Shown: in pieces, positions 9,311-19,705 of the stretch
Numbering within the stretch: position 1 is the stretch's first letter
How the letters are laid out: every line of letters starts with the position of its first letter
From: Anaerolineae bacterium
Lineage (GTDB): Bacteria; Chloroflexota; Anaerolineae; B4-G1; DUEL01
Reading direction: 5' to 3'
DNA length: 64,000 nucleotides
Assembly: GCA_034434635.1 (NCBI GenBank)
Contig: DAOTYX010000202.1
Span: forward strand, 11,829-75,828
The notes under the pieces: model-generated
Seen by the model: the letters and a program-made list of their open reading frames with translations, nothing else
What the model was told of the DNA's origin: nothing
Databases searched by the model: none
Position numbers and translations under genes: made by a program

Positions 9311-11032
9311 TCATTTGGACGGACCCCGAAGCAGTTCGCCGATGTAGACCTCGAACGGCCTAACCGTCAGTCGTGACAGGTCTTCCGCGGTCGGCTGGCG
9401 TCTGGGGTGTGAGAAGAGCGTGCGCACCTGCCCCGTCAGGCCCAGGTGAACCGCCTGAGGCTGGTCGGACATGTTCAGCACCACCAGACAGGACTGTCCG
9501 CCCGACGGTTCGCGGCGCAGGAAAGCCAGCACCTCCTCTGAGTCCTCGGCCAGTGGCAGGTAGTCCCCGTTCACCAGCGCCGGGTTCTCCCGCCGCACGC
9601 GCAGCAGACGCCGGTAGTCGCTGAGCAGGGAGTCGGGGTCGGCGGACTGGTCGGCCACATTCACCCCGTGCATCGCGTTGGGGTTGACCGGCAGCCAGGT
9701 GCGCACATCGGGCGGGCTGAAGCCGCCGTTGGCGTCGCCCGCCCATTGCATGGGCGTGCGGCATTTGTCACGCCCCATCCGCGCGGCGAGCGCCGTCGCT
9801 TCCGCCTTGCCCATCCCGAACAGGTTGACTGCGCTCTCGTAGATGTTGAGCGACAGCCGGTCGCGGAACTGTTCGACATCCTCCAGCAGCAGGTCGGTCA
9901 TGCCGATCTCCTCGCCGTAGTAGAGCACCGGCGTGCCGCGCAGGGTGAGCACCAGCGCCAGTCCGATGCGTGCCCACGCCGCGTCGTTGCGCCCGTCCCC
10001 GAAGTGGCTGAGGAAGCGTGAGGAGTCGTGGTTGCCCAGGGTGTTGCACGGCCAGGCGGCGGGAGGGAGCGTGCTCAGGCGCTCCGCCTGGTTGGCGCGC
10101 ACCCAGGCGGGCGTGAGCCGTTCGGTCTTCATCAGCGGGAAGTTGAAGACCAGGTGCAGTTCATTCGTGCCGTCCCCGTAGTAGGCGATCTCCTCAGTCT
10201 CGCCGAGCAACACCTTGTCCGGGTACTCGTCCACGACCGCCCGCAGTTCTTGCATCAGTTCGTGCATGCCGGGCTGGTCCACCTGATGTTCGTACATGCG
10301 CTTCCACTGCTCGTCTATCCAGGACTGCTCCTCGGCGGTACGCGCGTTGAGCGAGGCAAAGACCAGTTCCGCCTGGGAGCGCTCAGCGGTGTGGTCGGGC
10401 AGGTCAGGCCGCTCGAAGATGGTGCCGATGGCGTCCAGGCGGAAGCCGTCCACGCCGCGCTCCAACCAGAAGCGGGCCACATCGAACATTCGCCGCTTCA
10501 CTTCGGGGTTGCGCCAGTTCAGGTCGGGCTGTTCCTTGAAGAAGTAGTGATAGTAGTACTGGTCGCTGGCGGGGTCGTACTCCCAGGCGGAGCCGCCGAA
10601 GGCCGAGAGCCAGTTGTTCGGCGGGCCCCCATTCCGGCCGTCACGCCAGATGTAGAGGTCGCGCTCCGGGCTGTTGCGGCCGGAACGGGAGGCGAGGAAC
10701 CACGGGTGCTGGTCGGAGGTGTGGTTGAGCACCAGGTCGAGGATGACGCGCAGGCCGCGGCGGTGAGCCTGGTCGAGGAAGTGTTGGAACTCCTCCAGCG
10801 TGCCGTACTCCGGGGCGACGCCGGTGTAGTCGGCGATGTCGTAGCCGCAGTCCACCAACGGTGACGGGTAGTGTGGGGAGAGCCAGATGGCGTCCACCCC
10901 CAAATCCTGCAGGTAGTCCAGCCGTGCCGTGAGGCCGGCCAGGTCGCCGATGCCGTCGCCATCGCCGTCGGCGAAACTGCGCGGGTAGACCTGATAGAAC
11001 ACCCCTTTCTGCCACCACTTCAGTTCTTGCAT
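9311..11032 (-). CDS. GH13 alpha-amylase-family glycosidase (alpha-glucosidase / trehalose-synthase-like)
   Basis: MQELKWWQKGVFYQVYPRSFADGDGDGIGDL, VILDLVLNHTSDQHPWF, GVDGFRLDAIG: the GH13 catalytic signatures. The 1157-aa ORF in the track is trimmed to the ATG at 11032, because its upstream part is antisense to yyaL. Confidence 0.85.
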   Translation of the reverse strand: MQELKWWQKGVFYQVYPRSFADGDGDGIGDLAGLTARLDYLQDLGVDAIWLSPHYPSPLVDCGYDIADYTGVAPEYGTLEEFQHFLDQAHRRGLRVILDLVLNHTSDQHPWFLASRSGRNSPERDLYIWRDGRNGGPPNNWLSAFGGSAWEYDPASDQYYYHYFFKEQPDLNWRNPEVKRRMFDVARFWLERGVDGFRLDAIGTIFERPDLPDHTAERSQAELVFASLNARTAEEQSWIDEQWKRMYEHQVDQPGMHELMQELRAVVDEYPDKVLLGETEEIAYYGDGTNELHLVFNFPLMKTERLTPAWVRANQAERLSTLPPAAWPCNTLGNHDSSRFLSHFGDGRNDAAWARIGLALVLTLRGTPVLYYGEEIGMTDLLLEDVEQFRDRLSLNIYESAVNLFGMGKAEATALAARMGRDKCRTPMQWAGDANGGFSPPDVRTWLPVNPNAMHGVNVADQSADPDSLLSDYRRLLRVRRENPALVNGDYLPLAEDSEEVLAFLRREPSGGQSCLVVLNMSDQPQAVHLGLTGQVRTLFSHPRRQPTAEDLSRLTVRPFEVYIGELLRGPSK

Positions 11033-11187
11033 GCCGTGCTCCGTTCGCGTTGGGTCATGGGCCCCCGCCGGGTCTGTGGCCGGGCGGCTTTCAGAGCCAT
11101 CCCAGGTGCAGTGACCTGGCGGGCCGTATGGCGGGAGTATAACACATTGCGCCGGGATGGGGAAGGGGGAGGGTAAGGCAGTCACAC

Positions 11188-11215
11188 TTGCGAAACGAGG
11201 GGAGCGTGGTATCAT
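11188..11215 (+). promoter_or_regulatory. candidate promoter of yyaL (TTGCGA-N16-TATCAT)
   Basis: Sits in the divergent spacer between the GH13 gene and yyaL, about 20 nt upstream of the yyaL start. Confidence 0.4.
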
Positions 11216-11233
11216 CTTCTTGGAGGTCACCGT

Positions 11234-13195
11234 ATGCCCAACCGCCTGGCGAACGAGACCAGCCCATATTTGCTCCAGCATGCCGACAACCCCGTTGACT
11301 GGTATCCCTGGGGTGAGGAGGCGCTGGAGAAAGCCCGTCGTGAGGACCGGCCGATTTTCCTCAGCATCGGCTATGCTGCCTGTCACTGGTGCCACGTCAT
11401 GGCTCACGAGTCCTTTGAGGATCCGCAGACGGCGGCGATCCTCAACGAACACTTCGTCAGCATCAAGGTAGATCGGGAGGAGCGGCCCGATCTGGACGAC
11501 ATCTACATGCAGGCAGTCCAGGCGCTGACGGGCGGTGGCGGCTGGCCGATGAGCGTCTTCCTGACTCCCGACGGCCGCCCTTTCTTCGGCGGCACCTACT
11601 TCCCGCCGGAGCCGCGCTACGGCATGCCCGCCTTCCGTGATATCCTGCTGGCTGTGGCCGATGCCTGGCGCCACCGACGGGCTGCTCTCCTGGATGGCAG
11701 CGCCCGCCTGACCGAAGCCCTTCAACCTCCCAACCTGCAACCTGAAACCCTGCAACCTGAAACCCTTCTTCCTGCCATCCAGTCTCTCGCCCGCGATTTC
11801 GACCCCCATCATGGCGGTTGGGGCGGCGCGCCGAAGTTCCCCCAGCCGATGACGTTGGAGTTCCTGCTGCGCTACCACCACGTCACGGGCGACGCTCAGG
11901 CACTGAGCATGGCCGTCCGTTCGCTGGAGAGCATGGCCCGCGGCGGCATCTATGACCAGTTGGGCGGCGGGTTCCACCGTTATTCTGTGGACGACCGCTG
12001 GCTGGTGCCGCACTTCGAGAAGATGCTCTATGACAACGCGCAACTGGCCCGCGTCTACCTCCACGCCTGGCAGGTGACCCAGACACCGCTCTTCCGCGAC
12101 GTCGCTCAGGAGACCCTCGACTACGTCCTGCGGGAGATGACCGATCCGGCGGGCGGATTCTACGCCACGCAGGATGCCGACAGCGAGGGGGAGGAGGGCA
12201 AGTTCTTCCTGTGGACGCCAGCGGAGGTTCGGCAGGTGTTGGGTGAGGAGGCCGACCGCTTCATGGCCGCCTACGGTGTGACCGGGCAGGGCAACTTCGA
12301 GGGGCGGAACATTCTCACCTTTGTCGGCCCCCTGGAGGAGCGGAAGGACTGGGCCCAAGCCCGCGAACGACTCTTTTCCGTCCGCCAGCATCGTGTCCCC
12401 CCTGGGCGCGACGACAAGGTGCTGACCTCGTGGAACGGGCTGATGCTGGCGGCATTGGCCGAGGCGGCCCGGACATTGCGCCAGGATGACTATCACGTCG
12501 CGGCGGTGCGCGCTGCGGACTTCCTTCTTCACCACCTGCGGCGTGCCGATGGCCGGTTGTGGCACGTCTGGAGAGATGGCCAGGCCAGGATCAACGGCTA
12601 TCTGGAAGATTACGCGGACCTGATGGAGGGCCTGTTGGAACTGTACCAGACCACCTTCGAGCCGCGTTGGTTTGTCGCTGCCCAGGAATTGGCCGAGGTG
12701 GTGCTGGCCCGCTTCAGCGCTCCCGATGGCGGCTTCTTCGACACCAGCGATGACCACGAATCGCTGATCGTCCGACCGCGCCAACTGCAGGACAACGCCA
12801 CACCTTCGGGTGGGGCGATGGCGGCCACGGCGCTGCTCCGTCTGGCGGGGCTGGCGGCTGAGCCGCGCTTCGCGGAGGCGGCCCGGGCGGCGCTCTCCTC
12901 AATGCAGCCGCTGCTGTCCCGCTATCCCCTGGGTTTCTCCCAGTGGTTGATCGCCCTGCAGTACGACCAGGGCCGGCCACGGGAGGTCGCCATCGTCGGA
13001 GATCTTCAGGATGATCGGACGCGGGCGCTTCTGGATGCTTACCTCTCCGGCTACCGCCCACATCAGGTTGTGGCTGTCGGAACAGAGGGAGAGGGGGTGC
13101 CACTGCTGCGGGGCCGTCACTTGGTGGATGGCCGGCCAGCGGCCTATGTCTGTGTGGATGGGACCTGTCGTCCGCCGGTGACAGAGCCGGTATAG
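11234..13195 (+). CDS. yyaL: thioredoxin-domain protein YyaL (DUF255, N-acylglucosamine-2-epimerase-like fold)
   Basis: [56 protein letters not shown]: the canonical YyaL N-terminus with a CxxC thioredoxin motif, followed by a large alpha/alpha-toroid region. Confidence 0.85.
   Translation: MPNRLANETSPYLLQHADNPVDWYPWGEEALEKARREDRPIFLSIGYAACHWCHVMAHESFEDPQTAAILNEHFVSIKVDREERPDLDDIYMQAVQALTGGGGWPMSVFLTPDGRPFFGGTYFPPEPRYGMPAFRDILLAVADAWRHRRAALLDGSARLTEALQPPNLQPETLQPETLLPAIQSLARDFDPHHGGWGGAPKFPQPMTLEFLLRYHHVTGDAQALSMAVRSLESMARGGIYDQLGGGFHRYSVDDRWLVPHFEKMLYDNAQLARVYLHAWQVTQTPLFRDVAQETLDYVLREMTDPAGGFYATQDADSEGEEGKFFLWTPAEVRQVLGEEADRFMAAYGVTGQGNFEGRNILTFVGPLEERKDWAQARERLFSVRQHRVPPGRDDKVLTSWNGLMLAALAEAARTLRQDDYHVAAVRAADFLLHHLRRADGRLWHVWRDGQARINGYLEDYADLMEGLLELYQTTFEPRWFVAAQELAEVVLARFSAPDGGFFDTSDDHESLIVRPRQLQDNATPSGGAMAATALLRLAGLAAEPRFAEAARAALSSMQPLLSRYPLGFSQWLIALQYDQGRPREVAIVGDLQDDRTRALLDAYLSGYRPHQVVAVGTEGEGVPLLRGRHLVDGRPAAYVCVDGTCRPPVTEPV
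11719..11769. repeat. in-frame CAACCTGAAACCCTG tandem repeat inside yyaL
   Basis: caacctcccaacctgcaacctgaaaccctgcaacctgaaaccc encodes [18 protein letters not shown]; the same CCTGAAAC unit family occurs intergenically at 60228-60273. Confidence 0.8.
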
Positions 13196-13274
13196 GCCCG
13201 TGCGGTGAAGGCCGAAGGCCGCAGGCTCACAGAGGTGACTTCCGGTCACCGCCTGAGGAGTCACGGAGAAGAGG

Positions 13275-15824
13275 ATGGGCGAGGAAAGCCAATTTGAGGC
13301 GTATGAGTCGCCGGGCGCCGTGGCGCGCTGGAAGGTGCTGCTGGCCTTGTCCAGCCTGTCCCTGGCGGTCGGTGTCATGCTGGTAGCGAGCGTTGTGGTG
13401 ACGGCGCTGTCATCGCCCGCGGCTCCCACCTTCACGCCTGCCCCTTCTCCCACTTTGGCGAACCTCCCTGAATTGTTCGCCCTCCCTGCCGCGGGCGGGC
13501 CGGGGACGACGGTCGCGGTGAGCGGCGCCAACTGGTCGCCGTCGGACACGGTCTACATCTACCTGGTGGACCCGACCGGCGTGCAGCCGGAGTACCCGGT
13601 GGCTTCCTCGATTGTGGAGGCGGATGGGCGCTTCACGGCCTCATTCGTCTTTCCCTATGCCTCTCCCTGGGCGACCATGCCCTCTGTCCTGCTGACCGCC
13701 GTCTCGACGACGACAGGGCAGCGGGTCGAGACGACGTTCGCGGTGCTCCAGCCCACTTTGTCGCCCCCCTCGCCTCCTGCCTCGGTGACCCCCCTCGTCA
13801 CTGTGCCTCCGATAGTCATCCCCACCTTCACGCCTCTGCCGGTGTCCACCCCCTCTCCGACGGGGTGGCGCGGAGAGTACTTCAACAACCGTGTGCTGAT
13901 GGGGGCCCCGGTACTGGTGCACGACGACGCCACGCTCGACTTCAACTGGGGACAGGCCTCTCCCGCGGTCAGCCTGTCCGCCGACGACTTCTCGGCGCGC
14001 TGGACGCGCACGATGCTCTTCGAGGAGGGGTTGTACCGCTTCCACGCCCTGGTGGATGACGGCGTGCGGCTGTATGTGGACGGCGCGCTGGTGATTGACG
14101 CCTGGAGCGATGGCTCCCGGCGTGAGGTGACCGGCGACGTGCGGCTCACACCCGGCAACCACAGCCTGCGGGTCGAGTACTACGAGCACGTCGGAGAGGC
14201 CTCGCTTCGGGTGTGGTGGGAGAAGGTCGCCACCTACCCCGACTGGCGCGGCGAGTACTGGCCGAACCGCAACCTGGAAGGGGCCTCAACGCTGGTGCGC
14301 AACGACGTCGTGCTGGATTTCGACTGGGGGCTGAACGCGCCTGCGCCTGGCCTGCCTGCCGACGACTTTTCTGTCCGCTGGACTCGCCTGGCCGATTTCG
14401 AGATGGGTACCTACCGTTTTCACCTGCTGGTGGACGACGGTGCGCGGCTGTGGGTGGACGGGCAGCCGGTCCTGGACTCCTGGCAGGACGGCAGTGTGCG
14501 CGAACTGACCGCCGACCTGGCCCTGACCCAGGGCCTGCACAGCCTGCGCGTGGAGTATTACGAGCACGCCGTGCAGGCGCGCCTTTCCCTCTGGTGGGAG
14601 CGGCTTGTCTCCCCCGCCTATCCCGATTGGCGGGGCGAGTACTGGTCGAACCGGGAGTTGCGCGGCAACCCGGCGCTGGTGCGCAATGACCGGCAGATTG
14701 ACTTCCGCTGGGAGACCGGTAGTCCGGCGACAGGGCTGCCGGTGGACGATTTCTCGGTGCGTTGGAGCCGCGAGGCGGACTTCTCGGCTGGCCAGTATCG
14801 CCTCTTCGCCCGGGCGGATGACGGTGTCCGTGTGTATGTGGATGAGACGCTGGTGTTGGACGAGTGGCACGACAGCGACGGCAGTCGCACCTACATGGTG
14901 AACCTGCTGTTGCGCGATCGGCATCGCGTGACGGCGGAGTACTACGAGCGCACCGGCAAAGCCAGCGTGCAGGTCTGGTGGGAGCGCGTTGGCGACTGGC
15001 CCACCCCCACGCCCTCTGCTACCCCTCCGGCCACGCAGGCGCCCACAGCCACCTCAACCCCCACGGCTATGCCCACGTCCACGCCCACCCCGACGTCTGC
15101 CGCTACACCCACGTCCACGCCCACCCCGACGCCGTCTGTGGTGGCTTCGGCCACGGCTACGCCTGCCGGGACGGTGCCTCCGACGGCTACGCCTGTGGTG
15201 GTGCCCACCGCGACGGTGACGCCTGCTGCCACGATCGGTGTGACCGTCACCGCGACGGTCACGCCCACCGTCGCGCCGACGGCGACCTTCACGCCCACGG
15301 CCACGCCGGTCGAACCGGCTGGTGTCTGGATCAGCGAGATCCTGCCCTTTCCTTCTGCCGTGGATTGGGATGGCGACGGCGCAGTGGATGCGCAGGACGA
15401 GTGGATCGAACTGCACAACACCACCGCGTTGACGATCAGCCTGGAAGGGTGGTTCCTGGGCAGCGTGGAGGGGGGTGGCATGCTACACCGCTTCCCCGCC
15501 GGCACGCAGATCGGGCCGCAGGGGTATCTGCTCCGCTTCCGCCGCCAGACGGGGGTCATACTCGCCGACGGCGGCGACAGGGTGGTGCTCCTGGGGCCGA
15601 CGGCGGCGCTGGTGGATGTGGTGACGTTTGCGGCGCTGCCGGCTGACGCCAGCGTCAGCCGGGATGACAGCGGCGGCTGGCATACCGATTGGCCGCCGAG
15701 CCCCGGTGGGCCTAACGCAGCGGCGGTGGAGGGGCTACAGGCGGCCCCGCCGACACCGACACCGACGCCCACGCCCACGCGGGTGCCAAGACGCTGGCCC
15801 TGGCCGCGCCGCTTCGGCCACTGA
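13275..15824 (+). CDS. membrane-anchored extracellular protein with four PA14-like repeats, a Pro/Thr linker and a C-terminal lamin-tail (LTD) domain
   Basis: N-terminal TM helix; four repeats of about 130 aa of the form WRGEY(F/W)xNRxLxGxP...DFxWG...DDFSxRWTR...Y(R/R)FxxxxDDGVRLxVDG...SLRVEYYE (PA14-like); long PT-rich linker; LTD motif VWISEILPFPSAVDWDGDGAVDAQDEWIELHN. Confidence 0.75.
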   Translation: MGEESQFEAYESPGAVARWKVLLALSSLSLAVGVMLVASVVVTALSSPAAPTFTPAPSPTLANLPELFALPAAGGPGTTVAVSGANWSPSDTVYIYLVDPTGVQPEYPVASSIVEADGRFTASFVFPYASPWATMPSVLLTAVSTTTGQRVETTFAVLQPTLSPPSPPASVTPLVTVPPIVIPTFTPLPVSTPSPTGWRGEYFNNRVLMGAPVLVHDDATLDFNWGQASPAVSLSADDFSARWTRTMLFEEGLYRFHALVDDGVRLYVDGALVIDAWSDGSRREVTGDVRLTPGNHSLRVEYYEHVGEASLRVWWEKVATYPDWRGEYWPNRNLEGASTLVRNDVVLDFDWGLNAPAPGLPADDFSVRWTRLADFEMGTYRFHLLVDDGARLWVDGQPVLDSWQDGSVRELTADLALTQGLHSLRVEYYEHAVQARLSLWWERLVSPAYPDWRGEYWSNRELRGNPALVRNDRQIDFRWETGSPATGLPVDDFSVRWSREADFSAGQYRLFARADDGVRVYVDETLVLDEWHDSDGSRTYMVNLLLRDRHRVTAEYYERTGKASVQVWWERVGDWPTPTPSATPPATQAPTATSTPTAMPTSTPTPTSAATPTSTPTPTPSVVASATATPAGTVPPTATPVVVPTATVTPAATIGVTVTATVTPTVAPTATFTPTATPVEPAGVWISEILPFPSAVDWDGDGAVDAQDEWIELHNTTALTISLEGWFLGSVEGGGMLHRFPAGTQIGPQGYLLRFRRQTGVILADGGDRVVLLGPTAALVDVVTFAALPADASVSRDDSGGWHTDWPPSPGGPNAAAVEGLQAAPPTPTPTPTPTRVPRRWPWPRRFGH

Positions 15825-15899
15825 GCGAGGAAGGGCTGGCGGTTCCGAGGATCGCCGGTTCAGATCCGGCGGGAGGGCATGAGGGCAGCGCTTCGTCTC

Positions 15900-15927
15900 T
15901 TGACTTATCTCCGATTTGGCGTATCCT
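15900..15927 (+). promoter_or_regulatory. candidate promoter (TTGACT-N16-TATCCT)
   Basis: Locally AT-richer patch 33 nt upstream of the small ORF at 15960. Confidence 0.35.
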
Positions 15928-15959
15928 GATAGAAGCCACCTGTTGGACGGAGGCTGGAG

Positions 15960-16295
15960 ATGCAGGACGACCCGTTTGCTGATGTTCCTGACTGGCTCAA
16001 AGAGTTACAGGCCCCCCCCACGCGGGAGGAACTGATGAGGAGTGCGCCGTTGCCTGAGGTGCAGGCGCCGGGCGAGGTCTCATCGGAGGGCGGTGGTCTG
16101 CTTGAGGGATTGCGGGAGCAGGCGGTGCAGGCCGATCGTGAGCAGCGGCGCGCCGCGCGCCGCGCGCAGGCGACGGGCCTGCGCGGGCTGGCTCCCTGGC
16201 AGCGGTTCGTCCTGGCATTGCTGCTTTTCCTGGACGTTGCCCTGCTGGGTTGTATGTGCCTGGTGATGACCCAGCGGGTCGTGCCGTTCCCGTAG
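15960..16295 (+). CDS. hypothetical small protein with a C-terminal TM helix
   Basis: 111 aa; acidic N-terminus; Arg-rich stretch (REQRRAARRAQ) followed by a hydrophobic helix VLALLLFLDVALLGCMCLVM, i.e. a tail-anchored topology. No recognised family. Confidence 0.4.
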   Translation: MQDDPFADVPDWLKELQAPPTREELMRSAPLPEVQAPGEVSSEGGGLLEGLREQAVQADREQRRAARRAQATGLRGLAPWQRFVLALLLFLDVALLGCMCLVMTQRVVPFP

Positions 16296-16305
16296 TGTGA
16301 TTCGC

Positions 16306-17418
16306 TCATGTAGCCAGCCACACCCGGAACCGCCGTTCCTCCCACACGACCTCAACCCGGCGGAAGGCCGCTTCCAGCCAGGGCGCGTAGGGGAGGAAGC
16401 GGTTCGCCACCAGGTAGAGCCGTCCCCCAGGCCGCAGCAGGCGCGCCGCGGCGGCGATGAACCGCTGGGCGCCGCTCCGCTCGGTGGCGATGTCCTGGTG
16501 GAAAGGGGGATTGGTCGCCACGACGTCGAAGGAGCCGTCGGGCAGGTCAGCGCCGCAGTCGCTCAGGCGTACCTCGGCGTTGACGATACCGTTGGCGGCC
16601 AGCGTGCGCCGGGCAGCCTCTACCGCTCGCAGGTCCACGTCCACCAAAACCGCCCAACCGTCGCGTGCGCGGCGCGCCGCCGTCACCCCGATCAGCCCGG
16701 TGCCGCAACCCAGGTCGAGCACGCGCTCCGCCGGGCGGATCTCCATCGCTGACACCAGCGCTGCGGTACCCTCGTCCAGCCGGTCCCAGGCGAAGACACC
16801 CGGTTTGCCCGCCACTGTTGTCTCGACGCCATCCAGCAGGACGGTGTGGGTGGTGTAGGTGGGCTGTGGCAGGGGAAAGTCTGCGCCCGGCGGGCGCACG
16901 GCCAGGGCCACGTGGTAGCCCTTCTTCTGGCGGATCACCCCGCAGTGGCCGAAGAGGGCGCGGGCGATCTGCACGGCGCCGTGTACTCCCGCCTGGCGGT
17001 GCGCGACGAAGGTGAGCCGCCCACCGGGGCGCAGCACCGCTGCGGCCCCGCGTAGCAGTTCCTCCTGCACCTCTCGCTCGCGCGGCAGGTGACAGAGCAC
17101 CTGGTCGAATGAGGCCGGTTCCAGGCCGGCGCACCCGTCGCCCAGGCGGACCTCGGCGTTGGTGATGCCGTTGGCCGCCAGCGTCTCCTGGGCGCAGGCC
17201 ACCGCCGCCGTGTTGCAGTCCACCAGCAGCGCCCAGCCCTGCGGGACTGCCCGCGCCACCGCTGTGCCGATCACCCCCGTGCCGCAGCCCAGATCGAGGA
17301 CGCGGTCGTGTGGGGTGACTTCGGTCACCTCCAGCAGGGCCGCGGTGCCAGGGTTGACCCCCTCCCACGACCAGACGCCGGGGCGTCCGATAACCGTCAG
17401 CCCAGCAGTCCCAACCAT
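16306..17418 (-). CDS. tandem-domain rRNA methyltransferase, RsmC/RlmG-like
   Basis: Two SAM-MTase domains, each with VLDLGCGTG(V/L)IG. The C-terminal one carries the catalytic NPPFH motif (VATNPPFHQD). The track ORF's N-terminal extension (Arg-rich, antisense to the next gene) is trimmed to the ATG at 17418. Confidence 0.7.
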   Translation of the reverse strand: MVGTAGLTVIGRPGVWSWEGVNPGTAALLEVTEVTPHDRVLDLGCGTGVIGTAVARAVPQGWALLVDCNTAAVACAQETLAANGITNAEVRLGDGCAGLEPASFDQVLCHLPREREVQEELLRGAAAVLRPGGRLTFVAHRQAGVHGAVQIARALFGHCGVIRQKKGYHVALAVRPPGADFPLPQPTYTTHTVLLDGVETTVAGKPGVFAWDRLDEGTAALVSAMEIRPAERVLDLGCGTGLIGVTAARRARDGWAVLVDVDLRAVEAARRTLAANGIVNAEVRLSDCGADLPDGSFDVVATNPPFHQDIATERSGAQRFIAAAARLLRPGGRLYLVANRFLPYAPWLEAAFRRVEVVWEERRFRVWLAT

Positions 17419-18779
17419 CCCGCGACCGTGGCCCCCGCACCGACCATGTTGAGGGCGATGGGCAGCAGCAGCACGCCCATGCAGTTCATCCGCCGCGAGC
17501 CCCACAACACCGGGATCAGGCCGATGCCGGTGGCGACAGCGCAGATGAGCAGGCTGTTCAGTCCGGCGCGCAGGGCGGAGGCGGCAGTTCCCCCGCCGGC
17601 CCACTCCCCCAAGGCCGGCGCCCCGGCCACGATGAGCAGCAGGATCAGCAGCGTCCCTAGGCTGATCCAGCGGTAGTGGACCCTGGCGGTGATGCGGATC
17701 ATCAGTCGGGTCATCAGTAGCAGCAAGAAGAAAGAGACCACTCCCGTCACTACCACGGCCGCCACCGCCAGGTAGTAGGTCTGCGGGGTGTAGGCGCTCC
17801 ACAGGGTGCTCAGCATCCAGGCCATGCCGCCGCGGGTGAGGTGCAATCCGGGCACGAAGAAGAGCAGGAAACCGCCCACGTAGTACACCACCTTCGAGGC
17901 CCCCTGGGAGATGATGAACAGCCGGTCGTCCCGCTGCGCGGTGGCGTGGCCAGCGATGAAACCGCCGATGCCGCCGGTGACCACCGGAAAGAAGGCGGCG
18001 AACAGCCCGCCCAACGTTCCGGCGAAGACGCCGCGCAGCACCAGTCCGGGCGTGGCGTCCACGCTGCGGGCGATGAACTGCGGCGGCAGTTCGACGCGCG
18101 CCAGCAGGTTCTGGAGGATCCACGGCACGGCGAACAGGCCGACGAAGGCCGGCAGCAGGTTCTGGTAGGCGGAGTTGACCGGTAGCAGCGACCGGTACAT
18201 CAGGACGAAACCCAGCAGGCCGGACAACAGGAAGGTCGCCAGGCCAGCGGTCAGGCTACGCCAGCCGTCCCACCAGCGGCGCAGCCCCGCCGGGGCGCGG
18301 TCGCTGCCCTTGGGCCACTCGCTGATGAGCATGAAGGCAATGACGGTCCACAGGATCCACGGCAGATGGCGCTGGAGGATGGTGCGCAGGGCGGGGAAGA
18401 GAACGGGCGCGACAGGGGTCAGCAGGGCCAGGACGGCAATCCCGCCCAGGCTGCCCAATCCGGTCAGCACCACTGCTTCATAACCGCGCTGCTGCATCAG
18501 GTACTTCTGTCCGGGCAGGACGACGAAGACGGTGGAGTCGTCGGGAGCGGAGAGGAAGATGCTGGGGATGGTGTTGAGGACGGCGTAGGCGGTGACCAGC
18601 CCCAGGAAGAGCATCGCCAGGTGTTGCGGCGGGACGAGTGGCCCCAGGGCGACCGTACCCAGGATGAGAAAGCCGGCTACGTTGTAGATGTGCAGCGCCG
18701 GCACGAGTGAGAGCAGCGAGGCGACCAGCGCGCCGACCAGGGCGAACGACAATCCGAGGCCTGCTTCTGCTAGCGACAT
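17397..18779 (-). CDS. polytopic membrane protein (possibly TctA/DUF112-like)
   Basis: 460 aa; at least 10 predicted TM helices; Gly-rich PVVTGGIGGFIAG segment; overlaps the downstream methyltransferase gene by 22 nt. Family assignment is tentative. Confidence 0.55.
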   Translation of the reverse strand: MSLAEAGLGLSFALVGALVASLLSLVPALHIYNVAGFLILGTVALGPLVPPQHLAMLFLGLVTAYAVLNTIPSIFLSAPDDSTVFVVLPGQKYLMQQRGYEAVVLTGLGSLGGIAVLALLTPVAPVLFPALRTILQRHLPWILWTVIAFMLISEWPKGSDRAPAGLRRWWDGWRSLTAGLATFLLSGLLGFVLMYRSLLPVNSAYQNLLPAFVGLFAVPWILQNLLARVELPPQFIARSVDATPGLVLRGVFAGTLGGLFAAFFPVVTGGIGGFIAGHATAQRDDRLFIISQGASKVVYYVGGFLLFFVPGLHLTRGGMAWMLSTLWSAYTPQTYYLAVAAVVVTGVVSFFLLLLMTRLMIRITARVHYRWISLGTLLILLLIVAGAPALGEWAGGGTAASALRAGLNSLLICAVATGIGLIPVLWGSRRMNCMGVLLLPIALNMVGAGATVAGWLGLLG

Positions 18780-18789
18780 GGGGTTACCT

Positions 18790-18842
18790 CAGCGTGAAAC
18801 GTGAAACGTAAAACGTAAAACGTAAAGCGTGAAGCGTGACAT
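18790..18842. repeat. ACGTGAA/ACGTAAA heptamer tandem repeat
   Basis: gcgtgaaacgtgaaacgtaaaacgtaaaacgtaaagcgtgaagcgtgac; same unit family as the repeat at 1108-1212; fills the spacer between the OB-fold lipoprotein stop and the membrane-protein start. Confidence 0.85.
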
Positions 18843-18856
18843 GTGTTTTCTTGCCT

Positions 18857-19705
18857 CTATTCCACGACCACATCGTAGGGCAGCGTGGGTTGGATCTCCA
18901 GCGTGCCCCGGTAGATGGTGACGGTGCCGACGGCGCGCACCCGGCTGCCTGGCGTGCCCAATGCGGTGTTGTTGGGGATGCGGTCGAGCACGTTGCGCCA
19001 GATGAAAAGGACGATCTCATTCGTGCCATCCCCCAAGACTACCTGGACGGCGCTCTCGAAGCCGCTGACGCGCACGATCTCTCCCTCAACCATCACCCGT
19101 TGCCCCTCGTGGGCCGGACTGAGTTCGCCGATGTGGAGGATGGGCGCCTGGGGACCGGCCGGCTCCAATACCTGCACTCCGCCGCCCCACGACGGCTCGA
19201 TCTGCAATTCCCCTTCGTACTGCCCCACGGTGCCGGTCACGCGCACCCGCGCCCCCACGTTCAGCCCGGCCCGGTCCCAGCAGTCGTCGTAGACGTTGTG
19301 CCACATCAGCAGCACCACCTGTCCGGTGCCATCGTCGAGGGTAAACTTGAAGCCGCTGGAAAAAGAGGCGGTGGCGATCACCGTCCCGCCTACCGTAACC
19401 TCCTGGCCGACCATGCCGGCCAGCATGCCGATGGGGGTCAACGGGATGACCGTCTCGGTCGGGGTGGCGGCGGGGGTGGGGGAGGGGGCTGTAGTCGGCG
19501 AGGCGGTCGGTGTCGGAGAAGGAGTGGAGGATGGGGCCGCTGTGGGCGGGAGAGGGGTGGGGCAGGGCGTGGCGGCCTCCGGCGGATGCGTGGGCGGCAG
19601 GCTCACCGGCCTGGCGGTGGGGGTGGCCTGCTGCGCCGCACCGCCGCACCCGGCGGTCAGCAGGATAGCCATCACAGCCAGCAGAGAGAACCTCTTCATG
19701 CTCAC
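18857..19705 (-). CDS. lipoprotein with two OB-fold (BOF/YgiW-like) domains
   Basis: Signal peptide with lipobox LLTAGC; PT-rich linker; two repeats of the form G(Q/S)xVxVxGxV...F(K/Q)(F/V)xLxDGTGx(V/I)VLxxW...G(A/S)RVRxxGTVxxYxGxLEIxP, the beta-rich pattern of periplasmic BOF-type OB folds. Confidence 0.7.
   Translation of the reverse strand: MSMKRFSLLAVMAILLTAGCGGAAQQATPTARPVSLPPTHPPEAATPCPTPLPPTAAPSSTPSPTPTASPTTAPSPTPAATPTETVIPLTPIGMLAGMVGQEVTVGGTVIATASFSSGFKFTLDDGTGQVVLLMWHNVYDDCWDRAGLNVGARVRVTGTVGQYEGELQIEPSWGGGVQVLEPAGPQAPILHIGELSPAHEGQRVMVEGEIVRVSGFESAVQVVLGDGTNEIVLFIWRNVLDRIPNNTALGTPGSRVRAVGTVTIYRGTLEIQPTLPYDVVVE

Noticed and set aside
9311-12784. 1157-aa minus-strand ORF
   Set aside because: Only the C-terminal 574 codons (the GH13 glycosidase, ATG at 11032) are coding. 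The upstream two-thirds is antisense to the well-supported yyaL gene and has no recognisable domains, so it is a typical high-GC read-through artefact.
16306-18123. 605-aa version of the methyltransferase ORF
   Set aside because: The 234-aa N-terminal extension is Arg/Gly-rich and antisense to the membrane-protein gene. Both MTase domains lie downstream of the ATG at 17418.
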